Shown here piece after piece: positions 39,012 through 51,680 of a stretch of DNA of 64,000 bases; position 1 is the first letter of the stretch; each line of letters starts with the position of its first letter. A program made the position numbers and the translations under genes. The notes beneath the pieces are model-generated. The model had not been told where the DNA came from, ran no database searches, and saw nothing but the letters and a program-made list of their open reading frames with translations. Source of the stretch: Octopus vulgaris (lineage: Eukaryota); contig OX597826.1 of NCBI GenBank assembly GCA_951406725.2, positions 21,452,001 through 21,516,000 on the forward strand. The letters are read 5' to 3'.

Positions 39012-40205
39012 GTAAGAACAATATAACGAAGCTAAATCTATCATTTATTTTCACCTGTAAATTGAGAACTTTGTTATTTTCAAGAATGTCATTCCTCTCT
39101 TTATAAAATTTCCAATTTTCTTCAATGTTTGCTTCTTTCCAACATGGAATAAATAATACTAATTCTAAAGAAAATGATGGCTGGCAGAATTGATAGAGAA
39201 TTGACCAAAAGGGTGGGGGTGGGGGGTGGCAGTGAATCCTTTGATCAAACCAAATAAACTGTGACTCCATTTGTTTTTAAATTTCTGATGTTGTTTGTCA
39301 GCCATGGCCCCTAGCAGTAGTATCCCTGTTTTCACATTTTTTGGTAAAGGAGCAGAATTTGAGTTGGAACAGTTGACAAAAATTACTATATCCAACACTC
39401 AAATGGCTGCCAATTTACAGGGATTTTGTCTAATTCCGGGTATTTTGTCCACTTCCCAAAGTACCTGGGTGTATTTCTATCCTCATCTTTATGTTCTGTG
39501 TTCAAATCCCAATGAGGGCAGCTTTGCCTTTCATTCTTCTGGGGCTAAAAGAGTTGAGGTAATCAGCTGAGGAAAAGAAGCAAAAAATACTTCCTAAAAG
39601 TGGTACCCTAGTATGGCCACAGTCTAGAAAATGAATAAAAGAAAGAATTCTCTTTTTAATATAAAATATTAATTAATAAAAATTAATGATACTTGAGGTG
39701 GAGAGAAGAAGCAATTAGCTTATTGGCAATTATGAACAACTCTACACATTTCGGTCTTGTTAAACCTTAACCATTAGTGACAAAAGAATTATTGGTATTG
39801 ATGTACATTAATATAGAGACACCTGTCAAAGTCATGCAAGTTGCATAACAACATCACTAGAGCTGGTGACACAGAAAAAGCACCCACACTGTACACACTG
39901 CAAAATGGTTGGAATTGGGAAAGGCATCTGGCTGTAGAAATTATGCCAGAGTGTAGAGAAAAGAATACGGTGCAGTTTTTGGGCACATTGGATCCTATCA
40001 AACAATCCATCCGATGCCAGCATGAAACATGGACATTAAAAGATGTCAGGGAAGGCACGGACAGGCATCAAAAAGTAACTTAATGACAGAGAAATATTAC
40101 TCACAGTTATCCTCTGCATAAATAGATAACAGTCAAGTTAAGGCATCATATTTAATGAACCACTAGATGTACATGTAAACTTTTATGCTGCTTTCTGCTG
40201 TGTAG

Positions 40206-40313
40206 GTCAGTGAATTTCAGTGTCACCATTTGTGTTGTTATGATGAGAAACGGAAGTATATATTCACCAGAGAACAACCAGCAGTCCATGGAACTGACTG
40301 TGGAAGAAATGCT
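40206..40313 (+). CDS. M12B metalloprotease exon K (Cys-rich module)
   Basis: gctgtgtag| ... GCT|gtgagt. Reads VSEFQCHHLCCYDEKRKYIFTREQPAVHGTDCGRNA (PA..GT.CG motif). Confidence 0.93.
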
Positions 40314-40392
40314 GTGAGTTTTGAAATTGTTTTAACTTCATTGTTTATAATACCAGCTCATTTGTATTACCAAACAACTGAGAATGTATTAG

Positions 40393-40427
<35 letters not shown>

Positions 40428-40440
40428 CATATAAGTATAT

Positions 40441-40486
<46 letters not shown>

Positions 40487-40709
40487 TCATCATCATCATC
40501 ATCGTTTAGCGTCCGCTTTCCATGGGTTGGACGGTTCAACTGGGGTCTGGGAAGCCAGAAGGCTGCACCAGGCCCAGTCTGATATGGCAATGTTTCTATG
40601 GCTGGATGCCCTGCCTAACACCAACCACTCCGTGAGTGTAGTGGGTGCTTTTTACGTGCCAGACGAGGCTGGCAAACGGCCACGATCGGATGGTGCTTTT
40701 TACGTGTAC

Positions 40710-40783
<74 letters not shown>

Positions 40784-40838
40784 ATATATAAATCATGACA
40801 CACATATATATATATGTATAATATAATATATATATATG

Positions 40839-40876
<38 letters not shown>

Positions 40877-40894
40877 GTATGTATATATATATCA

Positions 40895-41432
40895 TGACAC
40901 ATGGGAAGGCATAGCTATTGATCGTAGCAGGTGGAGAAGGATTGTGCATGAGGGGACAGCCACTTTTGAGAAATCTCGAGTTGCACATGAGAAAGTAAGG
41001 AGGGATGTCAGGAAGGGCATCGCTGTTACACTTCCAGAAGGGAAGGGTCTTCCTTTGATGCTGACATGCAATGTCTGTGCAAGACCCTGCCTCAGTAAAG
41101 CTGGACTCAAGAGTCATCTTCATAGTCATAAAGCGAGACAGATGAGTGACAACCTGGCCACTGGTGGTGGTGCTACACACCATACTAATCATATCTGTCG
41201 AGCATGTGGAAGAGAGTGTAATTTGGCAGGAGGACTTAAACAACATGCAAAGGTACATGAAGCCCAGTTACAACTACAGCCGGCTATTACCAGTAAAGGT
41301 TTCAGTTGTCAATTTTGTACAAGACATTGTAGATCTTTAGCTGGGCTAAAAAGTCACATTCGATCACAGCACCAGTAACAGTTAAGCTTCGTGCAATGGC
41401 CATACTCGATAACGAGGGGGCAGCCATAATAA
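40895..41432 (+). mobile_element. 5'-truncated RTE/BovB-type LINE 3' end with three C2H2 zinc fingers
   Basis: [19 protein letters not shown] (RTE C-terminal motif), then CNVC..HLHSH, CRAC..HAKVH and CQFC..HIRSQH, stop at 41378 and a short tail. Confidence 0.8.
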
Positions 41433-41752
41433 TATATATCAAAACAGGAAATTGGAAAATTATTTTGGTGTTACTTATTCTTCCTTGCATTTGTTCCATT
41501 TGCTCATAAGAGCTACAAAATGGTACATGTGGAAGATATGTAAGACATCTTCTATTAGAAATTCTTCAGACAGAGAATCAATAATCATCTGATTTTCTAG
41601 CTGGAACCCTCGTCATCATAACCAATGGAGGGCCATGACGATGATAGTGATATGTTCATTATTTATAAAAGTTAATTATCACTAAATTTTATTTTAATTA
41701 AGCCTGAACTTAAAATGTATTTAATCTACTGTTTGTTTGTTTTTTAAAACAG

Positions 41753-41806
41753 ATTTGTTACCATGGGAAATGTCTGATGAAAGACCAACTTTCTGGCAGG
41801 ATTTAA
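41753..41806 (+). CDS. M12B metalloprotease terminal exon L
   Basis: tttttaaaacag| then ICYHGKCLMKDQLSGRI-TAA. C..G.C closes the Cys-rich module. Confidence 0.9.
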   Translation: MCYHGKCLMKDQLSGRI

Positions 41807-41888
41807 AGAAAAACAATCTTGAGGAAGAGGAGGATGAGGAAACTCTTTTATTTCATTCTGAATGTTCTTGTCTGATTGAAAGAGAAAT

Positions 41889-41894
41889 AATAAA
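41889..41894 (+). terminator. Putative polyadenylation signal of the metalloprotease gene
   Basis: AATAAA about 80 nt after the stop codon. Confidence 0.45.
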
Positions 41895-41937
41895 ATAAGT
41901 TTCACATAAATCTATGGATAGTTAAATATCTTAATTG

Positions 41938-42180
41938 TTTAATTATGTTGTGCATCTGTAACCCATTAAATATGTTGCTTAATTATGTCACGCATCTGTC
42001 ACCCATTAAATATATTAATGGGAAATTGTGTTGTGCCTGCAAACCATTATCTTCATTGCTTATACATGTTATGTGTCTGTAACTAATTAAATACATTAAT
42101 TGACAGAATATACTGTCACTGTGACCCATTAAATAAATTAATTGACTCTGTAGCTTGTGAGTCTGCAACTCAACTTAAAT
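41938..42180 (+). repeat. Degenerate tandem minisatellite (about 40-bp unit, 5-6 units)
   Basis: Recurring ttaattatgt..gcatctgt.acccattaaata. Confidence 0.65.
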
Positions 42181-42477
42181 GATATACAGAAGGTATAACA
42201 GGTATAGAATTGTGTTGCTCGGCCACACAGTAATGTTGGCTACCCCCTAATATATTTCCTAAACTGCCATTGAGCTTTAGCTTCATTATTAATTATGTTG
42301 AAAACATAAATAATCAAAGCTGTGATTTAATAACAACCAAAGAAGTATTTTCCCTTAATCTAATCCATATTTGGTTATCATTAAATTCGTGTTTTCTACA
42401 GAATTGTAAATTTCCTAATTTATGATTCAACATCAGATTTTTTCCATGCTTCTATGAGATGGATGGCTTCCCAAGTT

Positions 42478-42590
<113 letters not shown>

Positions 42591-42746
42591 AAACATGATT
42601 TCACATTAAGAATCTTGCAAATCAAATACATAAACATACACACACACACACACATGTATACATACGAAATTAATTTGTGTAAAAATCAACAAGAAGAGTC
42701 CTCCATCTAATGAGAGTCTAATATTCCTATAAATGCTTCTTACTAC

Positions 42747-42847
42747 ATGCATCATATGTGCTACTAATAGTTTCACATACATAAGTACATTCGTCAAGCA
42801 CCTAATAAATGTACTTATGTATGTGCAACTATTAGTAGCACATATGA

Positions 42848-42852
<5 letters not shown>
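42747..42852. repeat. Hairpin with about 45-bp arms next to (TA)n
   Basis: atgcatcatatgtgctactaatagtt...aactattagtagcacatatgatgcat. Confidence 0.85.
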
Positions 42853-42887
<35 letters not shown>

Positions 42888-42931
42888 TATTATAAGGAGA
42901 TGAAATAACAAACGATTATCTTGTGAACTTC

Positions 42932-43118
42932 ATGAACTTACAGCTGTTTCTGCTATAAGATGCAGTGGACTCATAACTGAGTGCACGAGTAACACCTTAA
43001 TGCTTCATCAGAGCCTCTATTCAGATTTGAGGTTCCAATGAAGTTGTAAGGTATTACTCAGGCACTCAACTATTGAGTCCACTGCATCATTAGAGCAGAA
43101 ACAGCTAATGAAGTTCAT
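42932..43118. mobile_element. Palindromic hammerhead-bearing element
   Basis: The arms at 42932-43017 and 43029-43118 are diverged reverse complements. Confidence 0.75.
42935..43015 (-). ncRNA. Putative type I hammerhead ribozyme
   Basis: Minus strand: ggcu-CUGAUGA-agc...gca-GAAAC-AGCU-GUA-aguu, with palindromic loop AGCU. The mirror copy is mutated (CCAATGA). Confidence 0.6.
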
Positions 43119-43924
43119 ATGAGAATCATTTTTTCCATGTCATTTCATTTTCTGATACCTACCTACCTACCTACCAACCTACCTACCTACATACATACAT
43201 ACATACATACATACATACACATATATAGTATTTTATTTAGTATTTTATTGAAGCTGAAAGAGAAAATACAAGATGGTCACAAGCGATATGTCAGGCAGGG
43301 AACAATGTTAATTAACTCTAATTATCTATATCATAATTAATTAGTTACAATTAGTTATATTATAAACAACGCTAATGTATTATTATTGCTTAACCCCAAG
43401 TTGGTCCTGATTGAGCAAACCTATGACCAAAGGCATTCTAAACATGATGAACATACCCTCTTATATTTCGGAAGGATAACATAGATTACTTTATCAAGTC
43501 TCCTATAGTAAGGAGTGACTTGAGAGGGACTTGCCAGTTATTTCTAGCATGTTAAACAACCATAGAGAAGCCTCCTAATTGGCTCTCATTATCTTCAAGG
43601 GAGGTAAGTTATATAAGATAGTTTAAAGAAGTGCAATTAAACAGCCACAGAGATTAAATGAGGCTGATATCCTTTGCAGGATACAATTACATCTTGAAAG
43701 CCAAGTTTTAGTAAATATGTTCTCTTTAGGTGGCAAAAAATTAACACACACACACAGACACACACACACATGCAATCACATTCACACACACACACACATA
43801 CATACATACATACATACATACATACATACATACATACATACATACAGATACATAGACATACACACATACATACACTGACAAATACACATTCACATACAGA
43901 CAGAAGTTTTTTTAATTAATGTTT

Positions 43925-45645
43925 ATTTTATTTTATTTTATCTAGTTTCAGCTCACGAGCTGTGGCCATGCTGGGGCACTGTCATTTGGTGTTGCTACAT
44001 AATTTTACTTCACGAATGCTTTTTAGCAATTGCCATTTGGTGCATGAGAGAGTTCGATGCAGCTGCCCTCATCTGCACCTCCTGCCATGAAGTTGGTTCA
44101 TCTGGGACACCTGACAGGAAGAGATCCGGTTTTATTTTAAAGACATCTGCGTCCACCCATGCAGGTCTCTCAGGTTCTTTGGGAGAGCTGTGAGCCTCTG
44201 AAGCCCAGGCTATCACAGTATCTTGTCCTACATCTTGATGGCAAATTTGGAGTCCTTGGCACTATGCAGTGGCGCCCAGTTCTAGCATTTGTGTAACTCT
44301 CAATGCCAAAGTTTGGGACAAGTCCTTCTAGAATCTTCCAGATGTATATTATGGCATATCTTTCTCGCCTATGCTCTAAGGAATAGAGTTTTAATCTCTT
44401 GAGTCTTTCCCAGTAGCTTGTATTCTGCATAGAGGCTATCTTCTTCGTGTAGCTACGTTGGATCGCCTCAAGTTCTGTGATCAACTTGACACTGGATGGA
44501 ACATAGCTGCGAACAATAGTCAAAGTGGCTTAGGACAAGTGTCCTCCAGAGGACCATCATGGTTTCCTGGTCTCTTGTTCTAAAGGTTCTAAGAATCCAT
44601 CCGGTCAGCCGCCTACATTTCATTGCCAATTTAGCAATATGCATCATCACTCATGTAAATACCCAGGTCTCGCACTGATTGTGCCTCTGGGATTGCAATC
44701 CCTCCAGGTCCAGTGTATTTATTGGGTATTACATTTAGTTTTGCATGCTGATAGCATAAAGCTTGAAACTTTTCAGCATTGAACTGCATGCTATTCTTTT
44801 CAGCCCACTTGTATATTTTGTCCAGCTCACATTGCAGGTGCATAGTGTCTTCAAGGTTCTGTATTGCCTGTGAAACTTTTGTATCATCTGCATAACTTGT
44901 GATTGTGGCTCTCTGCATGGCTGAGGGCATGTCTGAGAGGGCCATTATGAACAGTAGTGGTCCCAAAACAGTGCCTTGTGGAACATCGCTCACTATTTGC
45001 GTGTTATTGGAAGTGACCCCATTGGCTACTACCACCTGACTTCTATCCTTCAGAAAGTCATGAAGCCATTCTCCTAATTTTCCAACTATACCAAGATCAT
45101 GCAGTCTATGACATATCATTCCATGATCGACTTTATCAAAGGCCTTTGCAAAGTCGAGATATATCACTTCCACATTTGAGTGGTTGAGCAGTCGTTTCAG
45201 CACCCAGTCGTAGTGTTGTAGGAGCTGAGTTAAGCAGCTTCTTCCTGGTCAGAAACCATGTTGGGTGTCAGGCAGCAAGTCATTTTCCTCAAGGAAGGTG
45301 ATTAGTTTCCTTCTGACTATTCGTTCCATGACCTTGCTGATGTGTGAGGTCAGAGAGATAGGTCTGTAGTTCTTGGCCTCCACTCTGCTACCTCCATTAT
45401 GAATAGGGCATATTTTACTTTCCTTCAGTTTCCTTGGAAGTTTGCCAGTTGCAAGGAAGCTCTGAAAGAGGAACTGCAGTGGTCTTGCTAGGACTCTCTT
45501 ACATACATTTAGAAGGATTGCTGGGAATCCATCGGGGCCAGTAGCTGAGTTTGTTTTCATTTCATCTATAGCCTTTATTACATCGTCTTCCTTTATATTG
45601 ATGTAATCAATCATCGCTGCCTCTGATTTTATATTGTTGTCTGCA
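43925..45645 (-). mobile_element. 5'-truncated CR1-group LINE
   Basis: NYRPISLTSHISKVME, YLDFAKAFDKVDH, VPQGTVLGPLLF, YADDTK and LEHRRERY, with frameshifts. (TAAAA)-like tail at about 43905-43940. Confidence 0.92.
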
Positions 45646-45655
45646 ATATATAAAA

Positions 45656-45708
<53 letters not shown>

Positions 45709-45879
45709 AATAGATAGATAGATAGATTCATATAATATACACATGTATCTGCCAGATCTGACTGGCCTGGTGCAGCCTTCGGGCTTGCCAGCCCCCAGTT
45801 GAACCATCCAACCCATGCTAGCATGGAAAGCGGACGTTAAACGATGATGATGATATATATATATATATATATATTATAT

Positions 45880-46125
45880 GTAGAAAAATACAAACTGGGA
45901 CAAGAACGTAAAACATTTAGAAGACGATACAAAAAACACGGACGGAACATTCGAAGCCTTGAATCTTCAGTAAAGAACCGGATCGTCCTCGCAATTTCGG
46001 CTGATTGATCTTGAGATCGCTCCGATCCGGCCAGCCCTAAGGAAAAACTAAGCTATGAGCATTAGATTTCTTGGAAAAAGGATCGAATGTATACGAAACA
46101 GGGACAGAAAAACGGACGATGCCAC
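45880..46125. mobile_element. CpG-rich non-coding insert in a (TA)n tract
   Basis: Flanked by (TA)n. Architecture resembles the spacer of the 10245-11094 element. Confidence 0.5.
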
Positions 46126-46157
<32 letters not shown>

Positions 46158-46196
46158 ATATACACACACACACACAGAGTGAGAGAGAGAGATGGT

Positions 46197-46570
46197 TACT
46201 TTTTTATCTCTTGTCATTTATCTTTTATTTGTTTCAGTCTTTGGACTCTGGCCATGCTGAGACTCCACTTTCAACGGTTTTAGTCAAATAAACCGAACCT
46301 TGTTCTTTATTTCTCTTTCTAAGCCTGATACTTAATGTATCGGTCTCTTTTACTGAACCGCTGAGTTACAGGGATATAAACAAACCAACACTGGTTATCA
46401 AGCTGAGGTGAGGGACAATCACAAAGGTAGACAAACACATAGACATATGCATATATATACATACACACACAAAATTCATTCTGTTGCAGCAGAAAACCCT
46501 TGCACAGTAGAACTGAACTCAGGATGGCATGATTGAGAAACCAGCCTCATAACCACTCAGCCTCTCCTAG
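46197..46570 (-). mobile_element. SINE family 1, degenerate
   Basis: Matches 33188-33624. Confidence 0.7.
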
Positions 46571-46921
46571 AAGCATACACATTTGTGTATATATGTATAT
46601 GTATGTGCCTGTGTGTGAGTGTTTGTGTCCCCATGTCTCCTCACAGATGCCACATGGGCAGCGACAATGTTGTCCATGTCCTACATGAAAAATATATTTT
46701 ACAGTTCAGTGATTCAACATGCGAAGACATGTTCACTTGGAAACAAGGAATGGTTGGTGCAGGGAAAAGTTGCCAAGAATAGAAAAGGACCTCAAGAAGT
46801 CCTGACCAACTGAAGTCAGCATGGAAAAAGTGGACAGAAAAGCATGGTGGTGGTAGTGGTGGTGGTGATGATCCTCTTCACCATTGTGGAGGTCGTGGTG
46901 ACAGCAGTGATGATGATGACA

Positions 46922-46952
<31 letters not shown>

Positions 46953-47570
46953 CGACGACAATGACGAGGACGAGGACGACGATGATGATGATGATGAGGT
47001 ATGATACACCACATCAAATTACTCCACTATTTTACCAGGTGCCAACAGGCAGACACTTTATATTCTTCCCAAAGTTCATTCACCTGAACCTATATTTAGA
47101 GCCAAAGACTTCAGCAATATTTACAGAAATAGCAGCCAAATGCTCCCTCAGTTACAATTTTCACTTTCAGCAAAGGGAACCAAAATTCCTGATTAATACA
47201 AAAGATCTGAAGCAAAGAGAGAGCTTTTGTATGCAATCTTGGCTTACTAGAAATAGCAACCAAATCTCCCTCAAATTGAACCTTAACATCTGAAATATGG
47301 ACATTGGCTAATGTGATCCCAAGTGCATTATGCCTTAAGTATGATGGAATGGTCATGACTGGAATACCTTTCATTATAGATTTACTCAACCAGGGCTGAC
47401 CTGAAGCTAAAGAACAACCAAAGATTTGACCTTTTGTCAAAATATAGTTTCATGAGAAGAATTTTTACTAAATAATTAACAAAATCAATATTATATCACA
47501 AAACTAATTGGATTCATTAATTATGAATCATAATCATTATGTGTAATTACATTGTAATATATTATTATTA

Positions 47571-47640
<70 letters not shown>

Positions 47641-48074
47641 CTTTTTGTGTCTTATCCCAGTTTCATGTTATTTCCAGCATGTAAACAAAGCTTTCTTAAT
47701 TATGTCCACACAATTAATATAGTTTTGCAATATCCTTAATGAATTTTCTTGTTTTTACCAAATGAAGAAATGAGAAATGTAATTACTTTAGAAACTTCTA
47801 TAAATCACCAATAAAGAACTTCTTGGTTCTGGTCTTTTTACTTCCAATAAAACACAACACAACAAAATTTTTTAATCAAAATCTTTCTTTCCTCCTCAAT
47901 TTTACTTTTCCCCTGAAATCTTTGTAATAAAAATTTTAAATGATAATATTTCCTGTTTCTTCTTTTCCTTCTTGTATCATCCAAAAGGGAAATCCAAAGA
48001 CAAACTTCATCTGCCAAAGTATAGATTTCACTATAAATCATCTCAAGTCTAAATATCACATTTAAAAGTTACTC

Positions 48075-48112
48075 TTAGTCTTTGTTTCCGTTGGAAATCT
48101 TGGTCTCATTTT
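48075..48112 (-). CDS. Candidate terminal coding exon of an unknown minus-strand gene
   Basis: ttttaatcag| then (E)NETKISNGNKD-TAA. Phase fits the 49322 donor. Confidence 0.35.
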
Positions 48113-48591
48113 CTGATTAAAATAAAGGAAACATGAATTAGAGTGACTCTTCAGAGCATCTCCCTTGCCCTCCTTTGGGGCAATATCATTTCCATTTCAT
48201 CCACTGGGGCCATGAGGCAGACTGACAAACCTTTTTAGACAAACCCCTAAATTCATGAACAGGTGTCAACATGTCACACTTTATTATTTATTTATTGTTA
48301 TTACTTTATGTCCTACAAGAAGAAAGGATGGCCATGCACCAGTTGACCAGTCTCTGTTTTCAGACAAAGATTTTTCTTTAATTAGATTTCCATTTTATAA
48401 CTAATCAAATCATTCCTTTCATTCTCTTTGACATCTGGCATTTCCATAAAGTTTGGTGAACTACATCAAACGATGACACCCCACCCCATTCAACACTATC
48501 CAAGCTGCTATCACTGTTGGTCACACTGTAATATTGAAAGAGCCAACAAATCAGCCATTTATATTTCTTCAATTCTTCAGCTACATGGCTG

Positions 48592-48683
<92 letters not shown>

Positions 48684-49321
48684 ATTGATAATATCAAAGG
48701 GTAATCAGAAATATTAGAAATTTCATTTACCAGTGGCCTAGCATGTAAATATTTAGTCAATAGACTATATATTATTCATATAAATACAGTGTACATTTAA
48801 GCACATAAGAAGCATCCATCACAGGACTGGTCTGGAATTTAACTGTTCTCTCTAGCATGCAAGGAGTCCTGAATGGATGCCTCATGCATGCCTTGCCTTG
48901 GCATTTCATGGCAGCTATAAACAAGTGTGACCATTAAGCAAGTCAACCAGTCACCCAAGAACAGGAACTGTCCCTTTCACAGACTTCCACTCAATCCCTG
49001 TCTACAAAATTTCATTCCCAAAGCTTTAATCACTCCTCAGATTTGGTAAGAGACACTTGCCCACAGTGTTGTGGAGTGATATTCCAACATGAAACCCTGC
49101 TGCTGTAGCAACCTTTGCTACAGCAGCAGGGTTTCACAAACACAAACCAGTTAGGAACTTGTTGCCATTTTTATTGTTGCTGTTGTTACTGCTGCTGCTG
49201 CTTAACTCTAGGTTTGACCAATAATGATAATTTAATAACATTGAGACATCATCATGGAAATATTGGTGAGATGTGGCAGGTATTCTTTCTCTTCATATTG
49301 ACACAACAGAAAAGCTGAAAC

Positions 49322-49388
49322 CAATTTTCACAAACTTCAATTCTTTATTAATATTTCCTGTCATCAAAGAATTCTCTGCAATTTCCTG
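49322..49388 (-). CDS. Candidate exon of an unknown minus-strand gene
   Basis: ttattccag| QEIAENSLMTGNINKELKFVKI G|gtttca; phase 0 to 1. Confidence 0.4.
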
Positions 49389-49477
49389 CTGGAATAACCA
49401 AGACTTGTGAAATGATGTGTTTCCTTAAGGTCACAACTCTTATGACAAGAAATGCAACTATATCTTGCAAACCATAC

Positions 49478-49629
49478 CAATTCCTGGCCCTCAAATAAGG
49501 CCTTGGGGTCTTTATCTTCATTATCTTTATGGAACAGAGTCCGTAATCTGATCTCGTGACTTACTAAATATCTTCTCCATTTATTAACTCCAGCAACGAT
49601 GTCAGCTGCAGGAATCTGCTTATTATTAC
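49478..49629 (-). CDS. Candidate exon of an unknown minus-strand gene
   Basis: ttaattttaag| GNNKQIPAADIVAGVNKWRRYLVSHEIRLRTLFHKDNEDKDPKALFEGQEL |gtatgg; 152 nt, phase 1 to 0. Confidence 0.45.
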
Positions 49630-49821
49630 CTTAAAATTAACCTAACGTTTATCTTTTATCTTTAACTTATCTGCCAGTCTTGTCTTCTGCAGCTAATTTA
49701 TTCTCTTCAACTTATAAACAAGACATTCTTTTCTACATTTCTCTTACACTGTTATGGCCTCCATTTTTAAAGATTTCCATCTGATATCACGTTACACCTC
49801 CAACATTCCACAAACCTCACA

Positions 49822-49855
<34 letters not shown>

Positions 49856-49981
49856 CCTCTCTCACGTTGCACATAGAACACTATGTCTGCTCATACATCT
49901 GATACTGTTTCCTTGCATTCCCAACTGTTCATTACTTCGATCAACCCAGTGGTTTATTAATAAGTAAAATAATTATAATTA

Positions 49982-51227
49982 TTGGGTCATCTCATGAATA
50001 ATGCGCTTTCTTTCAATTGCTGGAACTGAAAGTTGGAAGGGGACGGGATAAACTACCTGCATCAACTTGCTATAAAAGCAGGTAGTAATTTTACCTTGTA
50101 CTTATTCTTAGTGCAAGTTTTGAAGAGTGCAGTTCGATTTTAACAGTTACTTTTTCAAAGCTATAATGGAAGTGACAAAGGAGCATATTCAACATATTTT
50201 GCTTTATGAGTTCAACAAAGACAACAACGCAATGGAAAGTGTGAGGCATATTAATGCAGTATATAGGGATCGGACAATAAGCATAAGCCAGTGTCAACGG
50301 TGGTTCCAGAAATTCCAAGCCACAAACCGCAGCCTAGAAGATGTGCTTCGTCCTGGAATATCTGTAGAACTTGACGAGGAGGTCCTGCAAACCCTGGTAG
50401 AGCAAAATCCCATCATAACTGTTGAGAAACTAGCAGAGAAGCATGGATTTGGTCATTCAACCATTCATCGATACCTGCCATCGGAAAAGTCAGCAAGTTG
50501 GGTCAGTGGATTCCCACAAACTTTCTGAGTCTAATCACGCACAGAGAGTGAATATGTGCCCTTCTTTGCTGTTTCATCTCACGAATGAACCTTTTTTTGG
50601 ACTGGTGATGAGAAATGGGTTCTCTATAAAAATATCAAGCACCAAAGACTGGCTAGGGAAAGGAGGAACACTGGCAAACCAGCCTAAAGAAGGTCTTCAC
50701 CCATGTAAGGTTTTGTTATCTGTTTGGTAAGATATGAGGGGCTTAGTACACTTTGAACTTTTAATCTCAAACCAAATGATAACAAAGGAAATCTACTGTG
50801 AACAGTTTGAGTGGCTTAACTCAGCGATAGATGGAAAACGACTATCTTTGGTTTCAAGACGAAAGGTGTTCTTCCATCAGGATAATGCTTGACCACATAC
50901 AGTGAGGATGACATTACAAAGGCTGGAGCAGTTTGAATGGGAAACGATGCCCCACCCACCATATTTGCCGGACTCTGCAATCTTCAAAATCATTTGGATG
51001 GAAAAAATTTGAATTCTGTAGACAAGGTCAGAACAGTACTGGAGGAGTATTTTTCGTCACGGACAAGTGAATGTTGGGAGAGGAGCCTTGCAAGTCTACC
51101 AGACATATGGAAGGTCATTGTAGGGAATGAAGGAGAGTATATTTTAGATTAAAAAAGAACTTTGTTTATCTGAATTTTAAAAAATAAAAGAAGTATAAGA
51201 AACCACATTATTTACGGGATGACCCAA
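49982..51227 (+). mobile_element. Full-length mariner (Tc1/mariner) DNA transposon, inactive
   Basis: TIRs ttgggtcatctcatgaataatgcg / cacattatttacgggatgacccaa with TA on both sides. Confidence 0.95.
50166..51152 (+). pseudogene. Mariner transposase pseudogene
   Basis: MEVTKEHIQHILLYEF..QRWFQKF (HTH), TGDEKW, HQDNA*PH and HPPY motifs, with frameshifts and stops. Confidence 0.92.
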
Positions 51228-51582
51228 TATATTTTATTGTAACTAAAGCTATATTCATTTCTTCCCAGTGGAAATTTTATATTAGGAAAGCAAGGAATGA
51301 GTAAATATAAGAAGGAAAAATCATCTGGGTTTGTGGAATGGTTGTATCGAAGTCTCTCTCCCTTTCTCACTCTCTCCCTCTCTCCCTCTCTCTATATATA
51401 TTTATATATATATATATATATATTTGTGCAGTGTTATGCATACATACATTTATATGTATACACTCACACACATACACCTACATATATACACAAACAAACA
51501 CTTCAATGGTGGTGGCTGTAGTAGTGGTGGTGGTGGATCTGTTATGGTATAAAGTTTCCAAAAGTTTATTTTTAAATATTCT

Positions 51583-51680
51583 TTATTGTGATTTTAATGT
51601 CAAGATGTCTGCTCTGAATTTATTGTTAATAAGATTAGAGTATTCCTGAGAAACTCTTCTCGCTATTAACCTCATCTCTG
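51583..51680 (-). CDS. Candidate alternative terminal exon, minus strand
   Basis: tttaatcag| xEMRLIARRVSQEYSNLINNKFRADILTLKSQ-TAA, with AATAAA overlapping the stop. Confidence 0.3.

Noticed and set aside
41938-42180. Repeat array considered as CRISPR-like
   Set aside because: Eukaryotic context, degenerate contiguous units, no unique spacers and no cas genes.
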